IMG/VR virus record: IMGVR_UViG_3300002038_000006
Coordinates: 119,480 to 183,479 of that record
Reading direction: 5' to 3' (one strand)
DNA: 64,000 nucleotides
Source of the DNA: a virus
The position numbers and the translations under genes are program-made. The notes beneath the pieces are model-generated. The model was given only the letters and a program-made list of their open reading frames with translations, was not told the origin of the DNA and did no database searches. Positions 56,627-64,000 of this stretch are shown piece by piece. The first letter of the stretch is position 1. Every line of letters starts with the position of its first letter.

Positions 56627-57757
56627 CTATACTTTCGGCAATATCTGGCTAGGGTATAAGGTATAACCTATCTTGCGGTACGTACTTACAATAGCTACGT
56701 TAGCGAAGTGTGGTTCTTTGTATCCAAGAACATACAGTGCTAGTTCGGATGCTTTATAGTAGTGTGTTAAATCATTAACCAATGAACCGTTACGATTAAC
56801 TTTGTACCAGTTAGGGTCTATGTCATCCAATGCTTGGACAAGACCAGCATGTGCTGTGTCTATATCCTGACTATAAGTATCTTCAAACCCAGACGGATAG
56901 ATAGATAATATCTCTTCTACGAATCTAGGATTATAACTTGCTAGGCGTGCTGTAGCTGGAGTACCATCTTCAGTCTTCATCTTAGCTGCTACTTTACGGG
57001 CAAAGCGAACTTGTTTATTACCTTGGAAATCAGTAAGGATAGACTTCATGAAATTATCAGAAGCTCCTTCCATCCTAGTACCGTAACCATCTAGTATAGA
57101 ATCGTAGGAATCATCAGTTAGCCATTTAGCCCCACATCGAAGTGCTGCTAGTAGACTGGTGTCCTTGGCTGCTTGTGAACCTTTACTATCTTCATTGCTA
57201 CCAAATGCCACGTTAGGGAATAGTGTTGTAAGACTACCCAATAGCTGTGTCATTGATTTGTCACAGGCTGTAGTGCTCCAGTCGTAATCTTTGAGTAGAC
57301 TTAGTTTAAGTTTGTTATTAAACGTCTTCTCATCGTAACTGGGTGTAACATCTTTAAGTCTCTTTTCAAGACCTGTAGCTTTAACCAATTTATCAATGGC
57401 TTTAGTGTTACCCTCTAGAGTATCAATAGAACCATCTTTCTTCATGTCGGCAACAACTTTGTTTGCTGCATCTTCATCGTTGGTTGGAATATTAGCAACT
57501 GCTGTCAGTGCCTTTGCTCCACCCGAACTAGGATTAACTTCTGAGGAAGAAGAGGACATTGCTTTACCAGCATCTGACTTTATCGCTTCTTGCTTCTCTG
57601 GTTTGGTTACTTCAGGAATCAATTCTTCGAACGTTCCTATTTCACCCTCTGAATTTACAGCCGCTGCTTCTGCGGCCACTACCGCCGCAGTATCACCTAC
57701 TAGTAAATCATCGTCACCACCGTTTACAAATACGGGGTCTGCAATTTTACCTGCCAT
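56627..57757 (-). CDS. Putative virion protein
   Basis: Start MAGKIADPVF after GGAG; C-terminal LDDIDPNWY..R.G..DL...AS..A motif typical of phiKZ-like structural proteins. Confidence 0.65.
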   Translation of the reverse strand: MAGKIADPVFVNGGDDDLLVGDTAAVVAAEAAAVNSEGEIGTFEELIPEVTKPEKQEAIKSDAGKAMSSSSSEVNPSSGGAKALTAVANIPTNDEDAANKVVADMKKDGSIDTLEGNTKAIDKLVKATGLEKRLKDVTPSYDEKTFNNKLKLSLLKDYDWSTTACDKSMTQLLGSLTTLFPNVAFGSNEDSKGSQAAKDTSLLAALRCGAKWLTDDSYDSILDGYGTRMEGASDNFMKSILTDFQGNKQVRFARKVAAKMKTEDGTPATARLASYNPRFVEEILSIYPSGFEDTYSQDIDTAHAGLVQALDDIDPNWYKVNRNGSLVNDLTHYYKASELALYVLGYKEPHFANVAIVSTYRKIGYTLYPSQILPKV

Positions 57758-57909
57758 TACGGTAGCTCCAAAAAAATAATCAATTACATAAAAACAGCAA
57801 AAAAAAAAAGAGGAGGTCGTGGCAGACCTCCTCTTCTTACTATTATATATCAAATGGAATAAACATAATTCTAGACTCTATAGATACAGTGTTATGTTTA
57901 CTTCGTTCC

Positions 57910-58674
57910 TTAAGATTTCACGATTGGCTGTCGTAATTTCTCAAATCGTTCTTGACGAAGTCTTACAACTTCTTCATATCGACGCTGGAAACACACTCGA
58001 TTACATACGTTACTAATTTTAATACGGTGACTAGTCTCTTCTCCATCGCGAAAGCAGATTACCTTAAGTGCCATTTCATGCACACCTAAAAATCTCATTC
58101 CACGAAGAAACATTTTCCAAGTCATTGTTGGGGTATGTAGTTCTTTTTCTACCCTCGACTTAACAGCACTTCTCTCACCACCTCTGTCTGGTAAATCCAA
58201 ATCAGGGGCTTTCAAGAAAGCATCCATTAATAACATCCACTTGTCAGGTCCCACGCCTAAATCTAGTTGTATGCCTTTAAATATTTTCGCTAGTAGTATA
58301 CCAGCATCCTTGTTACGAACAATGTCTTCGCAAGAATGTAGTGATACAGTATCGAAACGTTTAAGTTCAATTTCAAAAGCGACTCGTTCGAATCCGAGTA
58401 CCATAAAGGTTTTACAGAAAACTTTCCAAGCTATTTCATCTTTGGAGAATTCCTTTGTAATGTTGCCTTTAAGTGTTGAGCGAGAGCTGCCTTTATTAGC
58501 GTCCTCTTTTAACACTTGGTTAAGATACTTATTTACTTTCCTTTCCCATTCCATAGCTGTGACCTCAAGGTCAGACAGTACAGTTCTAAAAAGTCCAGCA
58601 AGTGCATCTCTTACCCTTCCTCTACCGTAGTCTTCTAACTTAAGCAATTGAACCATGCGATTACGTCCGCGCAT
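57910..58674 (-). CDS. Hypothetical protein with internal duplication
   Basis: Two repeats of LA.(L/I)F....DL.V...W......L......R...K....KE......WK.F......LG. Confidence 0.75.
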   Translation of the reverse strand: MRGRNRMVQLLKLEDYGRGRVRDALAGLFRTVLSDLEVTAMEWERKVNKYLNQVLKEDANKGSSRSTLKGNITKEFSKDEIAWKVFCKTFMVLGFERVAFEIELKRFDTVSLHSCEDIVRNKDAGILLAKIFKGIQLDLGVGPDKWMLLMDAFLKAPDLDLPDRGGERSAVKSRVEKELHTPTMTWKMFLRGMRFLGVHEMALKVICFRDGEETSHRIKISNVCNRVCFQRRYEEVVRLRQERFEKLRQPIVKS

Positions 58675-58693
58675 GATAACAATCCTCTGTGGT

Positions 58694-59166
58694 TTAAGTT
58701 ATATTACTGACTAACATTCTAAATGCTATAGCCTCTGTTATGTAGGGTTTGATGGTACGGCAATAATAGCTGTACTTAACTTCCTCATCACCTTCCAACT
58801 TATGGAGAATATCCGATAGTTTGGTTAGTAGTTGATTTAGTTCCCTGTCGGCCTTAGCTATAGAGTAGTTAGGTATTTTGTTAACGTTATCTCTCCTTTG
58901 TCTCTGCTGATGTTTTTTATTCTAGGTAGGCTATCTAGAGTCCACATTGAGTTATGTAGTTTCTCTAAAGAGCTTATCAGTTTTTCTACTGTGCCACACT
59001 TTGACATAATCGATAACTTATCTAATTCCTTGGACGGCAGTTCGTCTTTGTCATAGATAGCTAACACATTTTGATTATGCAACTTATAGTCCCACGTGCT
59101 TTCTACGGAGTTAAATACACTTAGCTTCCGTTTAATTTGCCAAGCATCTAACCATTTAAATAGCAT
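58694..59166 (-). CDS. Hypothetical protein, frameshifted near 58860
   Basis: ORF 58858-59166 appears to continue in another frame as YSIAKADRELNQLLTKL...YYCRTIKPY...SNIT*. Confidence 0.5.
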
Positions 59167-59197
59167 TCGTCTATTTTCCTATGTATAAGTGCACCTT

Positions 59198-59216
59198 GAT
59201 AATATGTGTTTCAAAT
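59198..59216 (-). promoter_or_regulatory. Early-type promoter motif
   Basis: ATTTGAAACACATATTATC. Confidence 0.55.
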
Positions 59217-59235
59217 TTATTTCCGGAGTTTTAAA

Positions 59236-59670
59236 ATGACCCATGAAGAACTAATGAAGTTAGCCCAGACGGGAGAACTTACTGAAGATGCAATACTTCA
59301 GATTACCCAAGAGACCCGAAGGTCTATGCTCGTAGGTGCCCTCGCTGAAGGTATCCCCGGCGGTAAAGATATGTACCGTGTGATGAAACTTCTTGAAGAC
59401 ATGGACGGTACTGCACTGAATATGAAGAAGATTGAATCAGACGATGCTAATGCAGATGCTGCTCGTAAGGCTAGTATCTTAATTGCTGAAATGAATAAAC
59501 AGCTTGATGGAAACAATCCTTTTGAGCGTCAACCAGAGGGAGGTCGTATTATCGACATCACTCCAGACGTTGCTGAGATACCAGTTATCGAACCAAAGGC
59601 CGAAGAAGATTCCATTGGTGTATCGACACTTAACTACGACGAGTTCATTAGAAACGAACCCGATGAATAG
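59236..59670 (+). CDS. Hypothetical protein
   Basis: Start MTHEE after GGAG; TQETR..L..DMD..AL motif. Confidence 0.7.
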   Translation: MTHEELMKLAQTGELTEDAILQITQETRRSMLVGALAEGIPGGKDMYRVMKLLEDMDGTALNMKKIESDDANADAARKASILIAEMNKQLDGNNPFERQPEGGRIIDITPDVAEIPVIEPKAEEDSIGVSTLNYDEFIRNEPDE

Positions 59671-60363
59671 TTAGATAATGATTGATACTTCCTGTGGAGT
59701 AATCCATTCGACACCTAGAAACTCTACGAGTGCTCCGGACACCTCTAGGGTTGGGTCCATTTCTACATCGTCAGGTAAAGGCTTCTTTAGAATCCTTGGT
59801 ACTACACAGACGACAGATGGGATTGGGGTATCGAGTAGTGCTTCACTGTGAAGTGTTAACCATTCATCGAAATTGTAGATTGTAAAACTACACCAAGTAC
59901 CACGTATGGCTTTAGGGGTTAACGCCTCTGGAGCTATACTGGTTATGCCGACGTCTATATCTTCACCTAGAAACTCTTTAAGTAGTCCTTTCAGTTCAGC
60001 TGTTTCAGTAACACCAAAATCATAAGGCCAAACATTAACGTCTACACCTACTCCACCAGCCATTGGATGATTAGCAGAAGCTTCTTTAAGGATTGTTACA
60101 TCAGCAATTAAGCGAGACATATAGCCAGTCATTAAAGCATTGGTGTGCACGTCCCCATCTCTGCCTCTATACCAGTAATGAGTATTGTACAAATCACGGT
60201 CGAAGTTTTCAATCCACTGTTCGAAGAAATCACCATCTCTGGTTTTCCAACCATGATGCAATACAATAGACGGATAGCTTTCATCCATTTTAGCTAGTGC
60301 CGCTAGTCTAGTGTCTAGCATTACGTCCAGACTAATCAGAAGCCTTTGTTGGTCTCGTCTCAT
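59671..60363 (-). CDS. Hypothetical protein, phiKZ-like
   Basis: ISLDVMLDTRL, VNVWPY, YNFDEW. Confidence 0.75.
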   Translation of the reverse strand: MRRDQQRLLISLDVMLDTRLAALAKMDESYPSIVLHHGWKTRDGDFFEQWIENFDRDLYNTHYWYRGRDGDVHTNALMTGYMSRLIADVTILKEASANHPMAGGVGVDVNVWPYDFGVTETAELKGLLKEFLGEDIDVGITSIAPEALTPKAIRGTWCSFTIYNFDEWLTLHSEALLDTPIPSVVCVVPRILKKPLPDDVEMDPTLEVSGALVEFLGVEWITPQEVSIII

Positions 60364-60847
60364 TGTATTCTGCCTCGAATTCAGATAGGTCTATAGAAAA
60401 CAATGCCAAGATAATAATTGACCACTTGTGTTTCTTTAAGAGGTTGGTTACATCATTAGCGTTTTTACTAAGTCTTGAACCTAAGTCATCGTCACCGTAT
60501 AACTCTTCGACATCGCCAATGAAGATACTGTTAGCGTAAGATTCACGGACATGGTCAAGTATAGCTTCTTTACCCGCTGTTAAACTAACTAGTCTATAGG
60601 TAGCCATAAACCAATCTATAATTATCTGGTCACGATTACGGGCAGTGTTCCACAACTCAACCAACTCATCTTCAACCATTAAGGTGTTTGGGATGTTAGT
60701 TGATATTACGTCGATTAGATAATCAACTACTTTCGGTGGAGCTACACTGAATGCTTCTATAACCACCTTTTCTACTATGGCAGTTGCATCCAGTACATGG
60801 CTAGAGAGTTGGAACATCTCCAACTCAGTCAACGTTGTTTTAGACAT
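60332..60847 (-). CDS. Hypothetical protein
   Basis: ORF in operon. Confidence 0.7.
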   Translation of the reverse strand: MSKTTLTELEMFQLSSHVLDATAIVEKVVIEAFSVAPPKVVDYLIDVISTNIPNTLMVEDELVELWNTARNRDQIIIDWFMATYRLVSLTAGKEAILDHVRESYANSIFIGDVEELYGDDDLGSRLSKNANDVTNLLKKHKWSIIILALFSIDLSEFEAEYNETRPTKASD

Positions 60848-60856
60848 TGGTATTCC

Positions 60857-61528
60857 CTATAAATTAATAGGTGATATCATCATCCCTTTAAAGAAAGCTG
60901 CTAGACTTTCTGTGGACTTAACTTTACCACCTGCTTTGGCTACCTGCTCAAGAGAGAAGCCACCTGTTTCGTGTGCAGCTTTATTCATTGCTGTATATGC
61001 TGCTTCATTACCACCACGAACTTTCAACAACTCTTCGATTGTACTGTCAAGACCTAGTGCGTAAAGAACTTGCATCTCTGGGTTAGAGAGTGAAGAACCT
61101 TTAGACTTACCTGTAGGCTGTCCAGTCAAATCGTCACGAGAATCATTATCAGCTGCTACGGACATCTTCTTAACTAGATGCTGTGCTTGGCGACGGAAAG
61201 GTAATGATAGAATTAAATACTTGTGCGGAGTAGTATACTGTTGACCAGTTGCAGGGTCTTTAAGATTTAAGTGCTGAAAGAACTCGTATCCCAACTCTTT
61301 ACCAATCTTAATGTTTCTACTTACGCTAAGTTTACTTGTTGCTAGATTCGGAGCTTTAATTTGTAACGTCGTATTGCCGTCACGTAAATCTTGCATGAAT
61401 GTTGCGAACTGTTTATCACTCATGGCTTCTAAGCGGGCTTTAAGCATCTCTGCATTACCAGACTTAGGGAAAATATTTTCAATATACGACAGAGCCATTT
61501 CTGTCGCTAACTTACGGGCTTTAGACAT
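60857..61528 (-). CDS. Virion RNAP beta C-terminal subunit (phiKZ gp149-like)
   Basis: RRQAQHLVKKMSV..DDLTGQPTGKSKGSSLSNPEMQVLYALG..IEELLKVRGG parallels RpoB region I (QQPLGG..GQRFGEME.WAL..LQEMLTVKSD). Confidence 0.85.
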   Translation of the reverse strand: MSKARKLATEMALSYIENIFPKSGNAEMLKARLEAMSDKQFATFMQDLRDGNTTLQIKAPNLATSKLSVSRNIKIGKELGYEFFQHLNLKDPATGQQYTTPHKYLILSLPFRRQAQHLVKKMSVAADNDSRDDLTGQPTGKSKGSSLSNPEMQVLYALGLDSTIEELLKVRGGNEAAYTAMNKAAHETGGFSLEQVAKAGGKVKSTESLAAFFKGMMISPINL

Positions 61529-61563
61529 TAGTTGTCTCCAATAACCATTCGGACTCAAAAGAT

Positions 61564-61794
61564 TTAGGCAGCTTTTGGAAACTCTTCGTTTAATAGAGGT
61601 ATTAGTTCACCCCATGAAGTCTCTTTTAGCCTGTGGAGAGCTAGTTTATCTATCCCTCTTGCACCATCCTCAAGTAATCTAATGTTGTTCTTGGTACGGT
61701 TTATTTTTAGGACATCATCTAAAGTGTTAGCAAACAATTGGAACTCAGTGAATTCACGAGAGCCAGAGATTACTATGTTAAAGGTGTCGTCCAT
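61564..61794 (-). pseudogene. Truncated SLOG/YspA (DUF2493)-like protein
   Basis: IVISGSREF...GARGIDKLA, then the expected C-terminal half is absent. Confidence 0.55.
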
Positions 61795-61807
61795 AACCGT
61801 TCCTTTA

Positions 61808-62104
61808 TTAATTAAGATTATCTACTAAAAATGGTAGTACATGGTTAGTTAGATTCAAACGCCAGAATTCAATATTATCGTAATCATCCAACATGATACG
61901 AATTTCCATAGTGTTTACAGAAAGATTCGCAAGAGTTGCACGTAACGAGCGATTAAGTGCTTTACGGAAATCGTCAATACTTTGGGCACTTTGACCACAA
62001 GCATTGATTGTCTGTCCAAGCGTCGGTAGTAGCGAGGGACACGATGACTGCATCTGTCCGATTAGTCGCTGACTATACTCCGAAGCACATGACTCTTTTT
62101 GCAT
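61808..62104 (-). CDS. Hypothetical protein
   Basis: GAGGA RBS; W.....HVLPFL motif. Confidence 0.7.
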   Translation of the reverse strand: MQKESCASEYSQRLIGQMQSSCPSLLPTLGQTINACGQSAQSIDDFRKALNRSLRATLANLSVNTMEIRIMLDDYDNIEFWRLNLTNHVLPFLVDNLN

Positions 62105-62166
62105 TTATTTTTTCCTCAGGTATTTTAATATAATTACACCACTATATAAATGGAGTGTTCAGTAAT

Positions 62167-62613
62167 TTATCCAACAACAATTCCATCGTTGAGTATTATG
62201 TTTCTATACTTAGGGAGAACCATGGTACGCCTGAGTAGGAACAACAACATGTAACAATCGTACCTCTTAGAAAGTCCCATGTGGAACGTATCTTTAAATA
62301 CTTTCAGTTCGTATTCAGTTAGGGTATCGACGAATGGTTTATATAGACAGAAGCATAGTGTTTGGAGATGTGGGAACTGTGTAGCGAATTCATCATCGAA
62401 CCATGCGGTGGTGACATCTATCTCGTCCCTTAGTGGGTGCAGGCAGAAATCATTTAACTGTTCAAGATAACCATCGGTACGGTCTTTGTTCTTCACAGCA
62501 TTAACGCCAACCATTACACCTTTAAAAGATGCGACTAGTGGGACAAACTTTTCGAACAAGTCAAATACATTAGGGTTCTTATTGACCTTTGGTTTTTTAT
62601 TTAACCAAGACAT
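62167..62613 (-). CDS. Hypothetical protein
   Basis: GGAG RBS. Confidence 0.7.
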   Translation of the reverse strand: MSWLNKKPKVNKNPNVFDLFEKFVPLVASFKGVMVGVNAVKNKDRTDGYLEQLNDFCLHPLRDEIDVTTAWFDDEFATQFPHLQTLCFCLYKPFVDTLTEYELKVFKDTFHMGLSKRYDCYMLLFLLRRTMVLPKYRNIILNDGIVVG

Positions 62614-62676
62614 TTTTCTTTCTCCGATAAAAAAATAAAGGAGTCCGAAGACTCCTCATTTATACTTGTCTAATGG

Positions 62677-64000
62677 TTACGATGGTTTCTTTACTGGGTC
62701 TAACCAGTAAGGATGATACTCATCATTAGCCATCTTTAACAAGTCCATGGTAGACAGGTAGTTAAGCGGGTCTGTAGAGCCCTCAAATACCCAGTAACCA
62801 CGAGTGTTTAATAACACCGACCAATCATACCCTTTTTCCTTAAGGCGCGTGTAGAGCTCCTCAGGCGTTATACGGTACTGGTCTGGTAACTTGTCACCTT
62901 TCCAGATTAATTGCATCTGACACATTTCAGAAGTAATTTCCATTGCACGCTGCATTAGGTAGCTACCATCGGCAACACCACGAACAGTTGTACGTGTCAA
63001 TTTAACATCTGGTAATAGGTCAAGCATGTAGCCACGGTCATTACCATGAATACCGAAACCCATTGGGTAACTGTTGTTAGAAACTTTCTTATTGTTACGC
63101 AAGTAAGTTAATTCAGTAAGAGTCGGCAGTAGACCTTCTGTTTGCGATACCACAATCTGGAATGGAATACCAGACGGGCCAGACTTAGCACGTAAGTTCT
63201 GAACCTGAATGATTTGTAAATCTTGGTCCATTGGATTACGGTCATTTGCGTCCTTAGGGAAGTAAGGAGTTTTGTCGGCTTGGTTGTGATGTGCTTTAGC
63301 ACCTGAACAGTAATACAAGTTGTTAGTAAGGAACGTGAAGTTCTCTGGTACTTTCTTAAACTTGATTTTCTGTTTCATTGCTGCAAGTTTCTTTTGCGGC
63401 GGAGCCATTGGGTCTAACGCTAAGTCATCGCCCATGTGTGCTACTACAGTTGTATAGATTTGACCTTTAGAGGCAACGCTTGGCATCTGACCTAACATAC
63501 GTGACTTAATCAAGTTATCACGTAGAGCAATAGTGTTCTGGTCTTTAGAATCTACTTCTGCTTTTTCATTTACGGTTTCAGTTGCATCGAACTGCATCTG
63601 AGACATTGAATCCAGCAATAGTAGGCTTGGTGCGATAATAGAGATTTGATGCCCGTCTACAAAGAACGGAGTCTTTAACTCAGCCTTTGCCCCCATCTTA
63701 GCTTTCTTATCTGCAAAGCCACGAACCATTTCCCAGTAGTCGTTAGCCATGGTAGTACCGTCAGATAGGATACAACGTCCCTCTGCGAATAAGTCAAGGC
63801 CACCGATGTTGTGCATACGGGATGCTAATGAGTTAGTACGTGCTGGAGTTTTTGAATACTCTGAATCGTACGCCATTTCATTTACTTGTTCGTAGCGGTT
63901 AACTACTGTTAGGTTAAGCCAATCCGATAGTGTTGACTTGTACGAGTTACCTCGCCCACATGTACCAGTAATCTGTTGCAGTCCACCGTTTAAGATAGCC
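62677..64000 (-). CDS. uvsX: UvsX/RecA-like recombinase (phiKZ gp152-like), 5' end outside the window
   Basis: Frame open to the window end: LNGGLQQITGTCGRGNSYKST (Walker A), YDSE, LLLDS, AHMG, NLRAKSGPSG, LNTRGYW. Confidence 0.88.
   Translation of the reverse strand, partial: AILNGGLQQITGTCGRGNSYKSTLSDWLNLTVVNRYEQVNEMAYDSEYSKTPARTNSLASRMHNIGGLDLFAEGRCILSDGTTMANDYWEMVRGFADKKAKMGAKAELKTPFFVDGHQISIIAPSLLLLDSMSQMQFDATETVNEKAEVDSKDQNTIALRDNLIKSRMLGQMPSVASKGQIYTTVVAHMGDDLALDPMAPPQKKLAAMKQKIKFKKVPENFTFLTNNLYYCSGAKAHHNQADKTPYFPKDANDRNPMDQDLQIIQVQNLRAKSGPSGIPFQIVVSQTEGLLPTLTELTYLRNNKKVSNNSYPMGFGIHGNDRGYMLDLLPDVKLTRTTVRGVADGSYLMQRAMEITSEMCQMQLIWKGDKLPDQYRITPEELYTRLKEKGYDWSVLLNTRGYWVFEGSTDPLNYLSTMDLLKMANDEYHPYWLDPVKKPS

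Noticed and set aside
1-64000. tRNA genes, CRISPR arrays, stop-codon reassignment
   Set aside because: No cloverleaf or repeat-spacer pattern seen by eye; long core genes are intact under the standard code and all three stops are used

Overview
64 kb from a phiKZ-like jumbo myophage (Chimalliviridae-type gene set; AT-rich, densely coding, mostly minus strand). The host is probably a gammaproteobacterium, inferred from the ThyA and Kds protein types. Conserved blocks: large terminase, gp26-28-like baseplate/virion proteins, tail sheath and tube, prohead protease, virion RNA polymerase subunits (beta-N, beta-C, catalytic beta', beta'-C), tape measure with an M23 peptidase, a gp182-like protein and UvsX/RecA. 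The vRNAP beta-N gene is split by a 1538-nt group I intron (42849-44386) that carries a zinc-finger-repeat endonuclease in its L1 loop; both splice sites can be read from the sequence. The accessory region (1-24 kb, 33-37 kb) holds a kdsB-kdsD (CMP-Kdo) pair, a small tail-fibre-like module and dTMP genes (dcd, thyA, dfr). It also holds a truncated QueC-like PP-loop gene, apparently dead paralogs of terminase, protease and helicase, and ORF-less promoter-terminator units that look like phage small RNAs. Two recurring promoter-like motifs and a hairpin+TATG(C/T)(C/T)G terminator-like motif occur throughout. Several frameshifts suggest indel errors in the assembly. Family assignments come from motif recognition only; no searches were run.
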